Below are positions 37,156 through 47,800 of a DNA stretch of 64,000 nt, piece by piece. Below the pieces are notes generated by a model. That model did no database searches and was not told the origin of the DNA. It saw only the letters and a list, made by a program, of their open reading frames with translations. This DNA is from Phoronis australis (Eukaryota; Animalia; Phoronida), in assembly GCA_002633005.1 (NCBI GenBank), contig NMRA01000123.1, positions 646,656-710,655 of the forward strand, read 5' to 3'. The position numbers and the translations under genes are program-made. Numbering within the stretch: position 1 is the first letter of the stretch; every line of letters starts with the position of its first letter.

Positions 37156-40100
37156 ACACACAAACAAGCACACTGGCGCGCACACATGCACACTCATATA
37201 GTGTAGGGGTGAATGCGTCCTTAGTTTACTGACAAGTTCAATTTGATACAATGTTGTCATACCTTGCTACTTTATTCTACAAGAGCAGAACGTAAAACAA
37301 CATTTCGCCCTGTTATTCTGGGTAAAAACAGAAAACTGTCTTCGGCGGTTTACTTCCGTAAAACCGAGTTTCCTCACCGTGATAGGATTCCATTTTTGTT
37401 TCCAAATCAAGTAACAAGCAATGCACTCGTGCGGCACTTTTGAAATCGCAATTTTACGCTTGGCCAACCCCCAAGATCCCAAGAATTTTCTCAAGTCGTT
37501 GAATATACGTTTAATATAGACGTCCTGTTTGGTAACTGGAATGAAATGCTATCAAGATACCGTGTATTACGATACCGAATTTATAAGAGTAAAAGGCCCA
37601 ATTCGATTTTCATTTATAGCCAGCTGAACAGGGCGTCATGCAGATTTGAGTCTTGTCTCCGGAAATTAAAAATTCACTACACTCTAGGCATCAAAATATT
37701 AAAAACAAGTTTCTGTCATAGAAGACATACCAAGAGACGCATTTTGGTATTGACACCCCCTAGTGCCATAAAACCTCGTTCCAGCACTGGTTTTAAGTCT
37801 ACTACTAAACTGGTTGCAATTTTTTCAGATGATGGAATTCTTTATTACTTGATAGGCGGCGTTATCGGCGGTATTGTCATTCTGGCCACTGTAATAGCCG
37901 TTGTCGTTCTTTTGTGTAGAAGGTAAGGTGATTCTTCACATTCACGTTTTATAATCAATCAGGAAGTAAAATTACTTTAGTTATGCATAAAGCGATATAG
38001 TGAAGAAATATAGTTGGTGTCATCCAATTTCATCCCTGCACCACTCATGTTGCCACCTTGGTCACCGCACGTTCAAGCTCCTCAACTCTCTCTCTCTCTT
38101 TTCTCACCACCTTCAAATTTGACAACGCTCCCTACCCTGATCGTCTTCTAAACGCCTCCTCGTTTGAAATGTTCCAGTTGATGACATATTCAAATTCCAT
38201 CGTCTGCTTCAAATTTTTGAGGGGTCAGGATTGGATTCCGACTGTTTTACGACAATCACGCAAGGGAAAATGGTGTGACAAATGTCAGTCGCACTCCTGG
38301 TCGTACCCTGTCACAGATTTCCTGTTAGTTTTAATTTTATGGGCACTAATCTTGATTGCGCAAGTGAGACCATTGAGTTGTGACCAGCCTTGTCATATTT
38401 GATTGTGGGTTCAACAGAGCGGGCGACTTCTCGTAAGGCACTCTTCAAGTAAGACTGATTTCAGAAACAGACTGGAGTTCTGGATCAGGACTATTGGAAG
38501 TAGCACGTATTAACGGAGATTGTGCACAGACGTACACTGAAAAATCTAAAAACTCAGTTATTCAAATGGGCTATGCACTGATAAGAGGTCCTCCTACAAA
38601 ATTGCCGTCGGTGTTCTACAAAATCTTTTGGACAGTCACGTCAGTCTGTTTACAGTCTGACAATCGTATCTAAAATCGTGCTTTCGCGGTAATGTCAATA
38701 AATGTAACACGTCACAGGGCCGTTGGAATCGGGGGGCCGGAGGGTCACAGACCCCCCAAAATTTTTCAGGCGTGAGGGTTAAACTGTGGCAACCGACATA
38801 GGCATGGGGCCGAGAACAATAGAGAAAAGAAAGACTGCGAAACAAAGATAATAGAGAAAATTCGAAGAGAACATTTAACAACAGTGCATGGTTTACCTTT
38901 TGAGGACCCTGCTCAGGACATTGTTAGAGTTTCCGCTTTTGCAGCACAGGTCGTCTAAACGCACTTGAAAATGTGCACGTGATCATTCATACTCGTACGT
39001 GTATTTCGAAACATTGAGAAAATTTGTAAAGCGAAACTTTTGCGGAGCGTACTAATTTATTGGATTTTCAAATTCAATAAGTTAGTTTTGCCAATGCAAA
39101 AATCTATTTTTCAAGAGGCCCATCTCTGGTAAGGGATAACGGAACCAATATTCGCTTATTTTTTGTCGAAACTGATTTATTTGTTCACTTGATTTCCGTG
39201 CACACACATTAAAAATGAAATATAACTATGCAGTAGGTCGGCGCAGAATCTCAGGGATCCACGGGAACTGAACTTTAGACGTTGAAGTGTGCACATTTTG
39301 GGAAACACTCTGTATCATTTTCCCAACCACCAGAAACTGAACTGCGGTCGTGTTTCAACGATAGATTTTAAAACAATCCCAAAGGCACTATACCAGGGAC
39401 CTCGGTACCCCACCTTGTCAAAAACGCTCCTTTAAAGAATGACCATAATACAATAAAGTTTTCCCGATACTGGATCACAATAAAACGAATCATGACCGTA
39501 GGGCCAGTGCAGACAGCCGGCACGAGCTGCCTGTCTCAAGTGAATCATAGCTAAGCTGACCAGCAACTCAGTATTTTTAGTTCATCGGGAATTTCTTTTT
39601 TCACACTGTTAGATTTCAGTTATAGCTCCTAGAGGCAGCTCTTCGCTACCGGTCAGTTTAATGGTCCTAGGCCTATTCTTACTCTCCATGTTGGTTCACG
39701 GTTACTCAACTCTTGATGGCTGCATCCCCGGGATTGTCCCCCACCTAGGGCGGACCTGGGAGATTCGGTACAACTATGATGGCATCGAGAGCACGCTGGG
39801 GCGGGGGTTGGTGGCGGAGTTGGTGGCGATGGGAGGGGGGGCAGTTGGCTTCGCTTTTCGGTCCTGGGGATACAGTGCACTGAACAGGTAGAATGCTGTC
39901 ACAGATGAAATAAACCCACATTCCAAAGTTTTTATTTGGACCATTTACCGCTATGAAGTTGGTCTCCACGTATTCCTTACGGAGATTAAAAGTGATTTCT
40001 GGGTTTGTTAGGAACTGACATTTCGTTATTCGGTGAAACCATGTTCGGTGCATAAAAAGAGCCGCCGCAGCCATCTTGTACAATATAGCAACGAGTTGTT

Positions 40101-40783
40101 CGCTCTGAAGTCACCATCAGTTTGACTGAGGGACAAATTGAGACCAGTTTTATTGTGGCAAGTGTTCTAAATTAAAAGTTGTTTTTGCGATGCAAGGCGT
40201 TTTACAACCGTTTCAAATTATGATTATAGCAGACCTGTACTTTGACAGATTTGTTTTCAGGCATACTGGTAAACATTCCCTGAAAACTGAACAGGAAGTG
40301 CAGTACAAGAATGCAGCTTTCGAAGATGACGAAAACATATACCAGGAAGTGAAGGACTGCGCATGTGACGATGGTTATGAATACTGTACACCCGAAGCTC
40401 CTTCATCGGATAACACTGTAGTGCAGGAGCCAGAGAAATATTATACTGCCCAGGCTGAAAATGACTACGACTACGTACGTGTGCAGTTTGAAAATCATAA
40501 TAAGCAGACGACATATCACGAGCAAGAAAGCGTTGATTGGTATGAAAATGGTCTTTATATTCTAGAAGATGTGACCGATGAAGAAATGAAAAGGACTAGC
40601 ACTACTTCTTTATCGCAGGCGGGACTACCAAGCGATGAAACTAACGATTCTGTCCATCTAAACATAGCTTCATTCCCACAAGCAGATCACGAACGAAACT
40701 TCGGCGCAGTTTCCTGCAGACCTCAATTAGAAACAGAATGGACTGATAATAGCATTTACGACTCTAGTGACCCTAATAGCTAA
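28275..40783 (+). CDS. Receptor gene 2: signal peptide-CUB(A)-CUB(B)-stalk-TM-Tyr-rich tail, ~571 aa
   Basis: Exons 28275-28341, 29301-29663, 32544-32918, 36141-36434, 37829-37922, 40261-40783; GT-AG, phases 1,1,1,1,2; total 1716 nt = 572 codons, open. Confidence 0.85.
29301..29663 (+). CDS. Gene 2 exon 2, CUB domain (class A)
   Basis: YEMC...TAEGYIVNENYPLSY...HC.VNVVAQ...NCTDWISIKD...SSSSNKLEISFYS...GFQIQYK; closely resembles the gene 1 CUB. Confidence 0.9.
32212..32367. mobile_element. ~155 bp MITE-like repeat, copy 2
   Basis: Matches 3714-3866. Confidence 0.75.
32544..32918 (+). CDS. Gene 2 exon 3, CUB domain (class B)
   Basis: FEICG...GGYVVSPRFPNDYPNNLKC...LSFNTLYLES...CSLDSL...KYCG...VFLTDHS...GFNVTF: canonical CUB. 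Confidence 0.93.
33385..34229 (-). mobile_element. Inverted relative of the 20011-20804 MITE
   Basis: 33385-33972 is the reverse complement of ~20060-20635; ends cctaaatccgcctatg. Confidence 0.75.
34530..34960 (+). repeat. Interspersed repeat, copy 2 of 3
   Basis: Shares core with 18700-18930 and longer similarity with 48765-49175 (-). Confidence 0.78.
36141..36434 (+). CDS. Gene 2 exon 4, Ser/Thr-rich stalk
   Basis: EIPLEDLTTPIPLLETTARADTETAS...SSPKTHAEQ; ttttttatag acceptor, phase 1-1. Confidence 0.82.
37111..37160. repeat. (CA)n microsatellite
   Basis: Direct observation. Confidence 0.95.
37829..37922 (+). CDS. Gene 2 exon 5, transmembrane helix
   Basis: DDGILYYLIGGVIGGIVILATVIAVVVLLCRR; AG|gtaagg donor. 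Confidence 0.9.
38767..39160 (+). repeat. Direct repeat, copy 1 (copy 2 at 40922-41320)
   Basis: Shared gagaaaagaaagactgc..., gtctaaacg.acttgaaaa, ggatttt.aaattcaataag. Confidence 0.78.
40261..40783 (+). CDS. Gene 2 exon 6, acidic cytoplasmic tail
   Basis: RHTGK...EDDENIYQEV...DDGYEYCTP...ENDYDYV...VDWYENGLY...TEWTDNSIYDSSDPNS*. Confidence 0.88.
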
Positions 40784-40921
40784 GTACCATCAGTTTCGAC
40801 CACTCTGGTCGTGTCTAAACTATTAGCTGAAGCAACACATAAGATAATTCCCATTTGAACAGTTATACGGCAGCGCCGTAGGAGGCGGGCACATGCTCTC
40901 CCCATCCCACCCCCAAAGCTG

Positions 40922-41320
40922 CAGGCGTCAGGGTGCCTTGACAACCAACATTGGCGTGGGGCTTAGGAACTGTCGAGAAAAGAAAGACTGCAAAACACAG
41001 AGATGACAAAATAATCAAGAGAACATTTGACAGCTCAGACGTGTCAGTGCATAGTTTATCCTTTGAAGGCCATGGACATGACATTGCTCTTAGGGTCTCC
41101 GTTTTTGCAGCATCAAAGGTTGTCTAAACGAACTTGAAAACGTGCACTTAATCATTCATACATGGATTTCGAAAAACTCAGTAAATCTGTAAAGCGAAGA
41201 TTTTGCGGCGTGTATTCACTGGATTTTTAAATTCAATAAGACAGTTTTGCTGCAAAACTATATTTTTACAGAGACCCCTTTCTGGCAAGGGCTTATGGAG
41301 ATAACTACCGCTCTATTTTT
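40922..41320 (+). repeat. Direct repeat, copy 2
   Basis: Similar to 38767-39160. Confidence 0.78.
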
Positions 41321-44300
41321 CGGGGGTTTTCTCGCAAAAGTGCAGAATATCACTTGAGAACAATGATGACTTGACAGATACCAACAGTTGGTGAGCATTT
41401 CCTGATATTTGAAAATATAGATCCTTTCATAATTAGGGGCCCAGCTTTTGAAGGGGACGATTTATGACATTCAAGTGGCCAACTTTTTCGTGTTTTTATT
41501 GACCAATTCATAACGATTGTCCCTTTGTCCCTCTATAATGCAAGTCTGACACTGCCAAGTATTCACGAGGGGAAGCCGCAGAGGTTCATAATTCATAAAA
41601 AATTACATTAGTGTATAGCACAGCAATATCAAAACGATTGAAACAACCAAAAGTATGAAAATACCAATAGCCATCGAAAAGGTGGAATTTAGAAGAACGT
41701 GAAGACCACTATTTGTGAATTACACAAAAGGACTATTTCCGATGGTTAATTATAAAATAATGTTACTTTTCCTATATTATCACAAAGATATTATTTCTTT
41801 TGAAGATCGTCACTAGGAGTTGTTTGTAAGGAATTCGTACGTGTCGAAAAGACTGTTGAGGCTACGATTTGTGATCGGACAGGAGTAATCAAAGTACTCA
41901 AACCATGAACAAAGATTTGTGTGTGATACTTTTTCTTTTTTAGAGTTCAATTTTAACTCTTGAACCGTTATAGGTACATCTGAAATGAACAAAAATACGC
42001 CTTATAAAAATGCCTCATATCCCATGCTCCCCCGGTTATCCGTCAAAAATCTGCGAGCATGCCTGCGGCAATTGTCCATTGTGATAAACAAGTTCTTTGG
42101 TTTCTAATTTACATATCTACGAAAATCGTGGGATCATACATGTAGATGATTATTTGACTATTAGAATTTAGTCTTATGAAAATTGATGATTTTTCAGTGA
42201 GTTTAGCTTCAGCCTGAAGTTGGAAAAACTCTAATAATCCAATGCCCAACTTCAATTACAGTACAATGTAGCCGATTTTTGCCTCTCTAAAATAGTTCTC
42301 AAAGACATTGATGAAATTCTGACAGTCCCCAAAATCTACTCACAATTCAGATGACAATGAATGCATTGCTTTTTGGCTTAGGCACAAATTTGTTGTTTCA
42401 ACTCACAAACAGGAGTTAAATTCCTTTTTGATCTTCTGTCATCAAATCAACGTAAGCGCATTGCTCAAGGAATCTTTTGTTGGTTTTTGGTTTAAATGTT
42501 TATGTTTTTGCGAAAATCGACTGATTGATAAATGATTTTGACAATTGGAAGCTAATCTTGTAAGAATTGACGATGCTTCATTGAACTTGGTTGCAGGCTG
42601 ACATTTGGAAAATTTGATCGATCATCAGATCTCCAAATAGCAAAGTACACTAAACGATTTTTGTCTAATTGAAATCAGTCTCAAGGATACTGATGAATGA
42701 CAGCCGTTGCACAAATGGAATGCTCGCAGGAAATTGACTTTGACCAGGCTCAAAGCCAGGTAATAATTTTAAAAGTGCTTAGTAATTTACAGTGCTACGT
42801 TAATCTGGCTTAATAATTTGATTGGGTCCAAAACGTTAAAATGACGTCATGTTAAACATTCGAATTCCCGCAATAGCGGGATTTCAAGAGGCGCAAAGTT
42901 CACAGTTCATGCATTGTTAATTTGATGACCTCCTCCAATACTCATAAGAAGAAAGCTTTTCGTCCTTGAGAATGCTAAATGAAAAATATATATTGGACTG
43001 TTATTGTTTATGAACAACAAAATAGTCGTCATTTGGAATCATTGTTGATGTCGGATCTCATGTATCTTACTTGAAAGTAGGGTTTTAATCTGGTGCATAG
43101 ATTACATTGTGAGCATGATTTTATCAGTCAAAGTTAAGCTGTGTCAAATATGGAATCCTGTTGCCGTTGTTGATCACAGATTTGCTTTGTTTTACACCAG
43201 GCGGTAGATTGTCTGTTATCAAAGCGTTTATTTGTCATGAACGGAAATGCGAACGATTTTGTCTGTCACTGGTTCCAAATTGAACTTGCCAGTCGGGATT
43301 TGCAGGATGTAATGAAAAGGGCATCACACGCTCGTGTATTGTCTTTTGGAACTTTGAAGATAAGCACTGTTTTTATAATGCACTTAGTTGCTTTTGATAT
43401 ACCGAGGGAGCAAACGTTATCAATGCACATGTAGATAATGTGAATTAACGTTCTTTTGTGCATTTATAGAATGAACTCGGATGTGTGCTTTGCCATGCAA
43501 TGTAGTCGTGAATGGTTTGAACTTGTTGAAACTAATAAACTAAGTCAGTCGTATTGTGATGATGGAAATACGCATTACCTCTGTCAGAATTCAGTTGAGA
43601 TACCAAAGTACAGAATAGTTTATTTTAAGACACAGTGAAAATCTGAGCAATGAGAGCACCTCCAAACGAAGGGTTGTTCAGTCGAGACTATTAGAAAGAA
43701 CAATTTAGTTTTTGCTGTAATAAATGGTTACATTTAGCATCCTCTGGTTGAGCTTGAAAATTAGTCAAACATCAAACACAAGGCTTTGTAAAGCTAGCAT
43801 ATGTGGGGGGTACAGTGTATTCAACTTCCTCGAAATTGCTCAATGTGTGATAATACGAAATCCACAACATGTGCGAACATCTCTACGTTGCTTCGTTGCA
43901 AATTATTGGGCAACACGTGCCTCACTTCGTTGTCTCCCTCTGCTTCCTATAAACCTAAAAGCATGGGGAATCAGGACTACAAAGACCTAAGACACTAATG
44001 AGAGAAGCTAACTTGATCACGTGCCTCAGTTGTAATGCGTATGGATATCCCGCGAAGTCTTTCGCATGCATGGTAGTCAAGAGTTGAACTCAACATACTT
44101 GTATTCTCTCTTAATCGATATAACTTCCCTGACTAGCCAAAGAGTGAAAACAATTAACCTTTATTTCGTCTTACGGTCTCTTTTTCATCCCTGGAAACGG
44201 ATCTTGCGACGCAAGTATCATTTTCGGGATATATGTCGAACATATATGAATATTACATGACTGTGCCACTGAAGTCCAGTTCCTGACTAGCAGACATCAA

Positions 44301-44780
44301 ACTCGACGTACAAATCCTCAAACCATGCTCTTGTATTATCTACAATGCATTGTGACTAAAACTCCAGTCCTGGAGACCAAAGTCCTCGCCCGGTCTCGTC
44401 CCTGGAACTGGAATACAGTCCCAGGTAGCCTGTGGACTTTTAGTCACAGGGTATGGAGCATTTTCGGGTCTCGTATTTTGTACCATGTGTTTGATGCTTG
44501 CTGGTTCTTGACTGGGGATTAGATTTTGCTGTTCTAATTAAGAGAGGCGATAACAGAATCGTTTCCACCTCCTGATAGTACAACACACGTTGCATGCACG
44601 ATCATTTAAGTCGTATCAGTTTCTTCACGACTCGACAAAGGTCTTAGGGTCGCCATTTCTTCCTGATGCCTGAACTTGCACTACTAACTGTGACAAAATC
44701 ATTTACTTATTAGGCCTGATCGCAGTGCCTCACGTGGCACATTAGTTTCGGATTCGTACGACGCAAGAATGGTTACCAAC

Positions 44781-44841
44781 ATGAAGTTTTGGTTCTCAGC
44801 AAAGCATTTGATAGCGCTGGTGACCACGTTTTCATTTGGAG
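44781..44841 (+). CDS. Gene 3 exon 1, signal peptide
   Basis: MKFWFSAKHLIALVTTFSFG then G|gtaaga. Confidence 0.72.
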
Positions 44842-47800
44842 GTAAGAACTATAGACGATGTGTTCGAAGGAGAGCTTAGTTTGGAAAAATCTACTACTAA
44901 TTTGTTTTTAAGAAATAACGATTTTGTGCTATGCATTGAGAGTTTTTGCAAGCGAATTTAAGGAAGCGGTCACGACAAAGAAGAAAAACGCGATTATGCC
45001 GTTTTAGGGCGAGTTGCAAGAATGTTTTTGAAACAGGCTTTCCGGCTTTTTGCGTGCGACATCTGAACTCCGTTAGTGTATGAAGTATTTTTGTTTGCGT
45101 TATGTGCGCTGAAACACGGGGCTGCGTTCCTGGATTTAGTTTAGAGCAAAGAATTTAGAGGATGGGATATAAATTCATATATTATAACAATGGACAGGGG
45201 TTTGTAGACACGAAATACTAACATGCAACAAAATATTTATTTCGAACATCTGTAACAATAATCCATCATAACTATTAACATATATCATAGAGATAGAATT
45301 ATAGTTTCAAGTAAATGTCATGTTCTTGCGCTATTTCGCTATCCAAACATTCAAAAATGCTTGATCGTGTTGTTTTAGTTTCTGCCCGCAACAACAAGTA
45401 TGATTGTGTGACTGACGCCTAACATTGTTTTATGCACACATGCATCCGCGTCGTCTCCTTCAATTAGAAACTTACGTCATCCGTGGCAAAAAATAGCCAT
45501 TTCTGCATTACGTATAGCATATATACATATGCAAATACATATAGAATATCACCATGGAAAAGCAAAAAAAAACATTTTGGCATGTGTGGCAACTTGTAAA
45601 ACAGTGTCTAGTCGCAACGTAGTCACAACTATCATTGGTTTATGGAAGATGCCATTTGCAGACTACAACTTATGTACATATTTAGTGCACTCTTATTTAC
45701 ACACATAAACTATGTTGTTCCGGAATCTTAAGCCAAGCCATGATTCATTCCAACATTTGTTCAAGGACAAATTTATCAATCCTCTGATATGACACTATAC
45801 CAGTACCTTCACCGATGTGACCCTGAAGTTTATTGAAAACTAGCTTCAACACAAATGAATGAAATCCAGGTGGTTTATCATCGCGATTTTATATTTACAA
45901 ATAGTGTAGAGCGTCAGAGGAGCTTCAATAACTAAGACACTTGTGCACTGTAAATATGGCACACCTGACACTAAAGATCATAAGATCATATACAAGTTTG
46001 AATTGTGCTACGACAATACATCCACAGACGATCACATTCTCTCCAGCAATAAACACTTTGAAAAGTGAGTTACTAATAGTACTTGGGGCCCTCTGTCTAC
46101 TTCACCTGTTGCAAGAGGGCACCCAATTTCTCATGCAGTCTTTGTATAACTTCAATAGCGCCACGGTCAAGAGCATGTCCAGATTATCCATTTCGACCAC
46201 AGCATCCAGAAGTGTCTAAAATGGAAACAACGTCAATGGAACACACAAATGTTACATAATCACACCAATGTAAGACATAATATTACATAATCATATCATT
46301 GGAACACACAAATGTTATATAATCACACCAATGAAACACACAAATAGTACATAACCAAACCGAAGGAACACACAAATGTTACATTATCACACCAATGAAA
46401 CACACAAATATTACACAATCACACCAATGGAACACACAAACGTTACATAATCACACCACTGGAACACACAAACGTTTCACCCTTGATAAATCAGTCTCAA
46501 GACCAGGGGAGGATCCAAGATTTTGAGTTAGGGGGACCAGGGCAGAGCATTACGCATCNCCCCCCCCCCCCGCCTTAAATTTACCACTGGAGACTACATT
46601 CAACCTATAACGAACTGTTACTTCTTTCCAAGCCAAGATATGACATCTAATTGGTATAAGGCACAAATTTAGATCCAGTTCATAACTGTACGTCATCCAA
46701 AGGAAAGTTGGTTAGGCCTATATGTTAAATTTAGACATAAACTGGGTTGAAACACAATGGCTAAGAGAAGAAAGATTATGTCAGATTTATGATACTGGCG
46801 AAGGTGAAACAGAGTTTCACTTTCTTGTTGCATTTGTATTGTTTTGTATTGCATTGTGAAGCTCATTCAAGCGCAGCTAATTTGACAACGTTATTCACAA
46901 ACCTTTGTTTTTTTACATAAAAAGGGACTATTGTTGCGTTACGTATTGTTAGTAGTGTAACCTACTGAAAGTAGTACAAGTGTAGGCTATGTCTATTGCA
47001 TTGGTACTTTCCAGCGTACCTGAAACTATTGTTTTCTAAAAATGAACTATGGATCATTGACCTTATGTTCAGTAAAGTTTACTATACTTCACGTTTAATT
47101 AAATACACTTCGACGTCACTCGATTTGCATCAAGTCAAGCTTCGCTCACATGCTAGCATGGAATTTTGCTTCGGGGTGTTCGGCGCCTAGTTACGGGTCG
47201 GGGCTCAGTTTCACATGCAGGACCATTTGCCAAAATACGTGAATATTTTTGTATATGTTTATGTAACAGTATGTATATTCGCTGGTATCACGCAGTGCCA
47301 CGCGCATTAGCATTGGTTGATGTAACCTCAGCAGTTATTGGTTAGCTTTACAACACCGTGAAAAAATGGAGGAGTTTGAACGATTTTTAGCCTTGTCGGC
47401 ATGCAAGTGGCGTCGCAGCTACTATTTCGTTTCTTAGTGCAGTTATGTTTAATAGCCGTGTGCTTGAAGTACATACATGTACAATAAACACGTATCTGGC
47501 CGATTTAACGGTGTGTTATTCATATTGTATGAATCTAGGAACCAGTATGAATACAGGACAGTTTCGTAAACAGAAGTCATCGACAGTAGAAAGATGTACT
47601 CGGAAAAGGTGCAACCACAATTTCTAGGATTCACATTTCCTGAACATAAATTTTAAGCACCGAGTTGTCTGCCCAACAGACCACATTTACACTTCAATAC
47701 ATCAGTCATGCCAGTTTGTTTGCGTAAAGCGCTGCCTGATGAGAATTCGACTAGCCAATCAGAAACGCCGGTGTAAAACAAAATTCCAGAGGAAAATTAA

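Noticed and set aside
39661-39891. 76 aa ORF with a hydrophobic N-terminus in gene 2 intron 5
   Set aside because: No recognisable domain, no paralog, no compatible splice sites identified.
40261-40783. Canonical ITAM or ITIM in the tails
   Set aside because: No YxxL/I-x6-12-YxxL/I pair, and NIYQEV lacks the hydrophobic or Ser residue at -2.
42540-42760. Possible death-domain-like remnant (LHKWNARRKLTL)
   Set aside because: Several stops and only a few matching residues; not supportable by eye.
46235-46475. CRISPR-like array (also considered for 53826-54770 and 22500-22775)
   Set aside because: Head-to-tail repeats without unique spacers, no cas genes, eukaryotic context.
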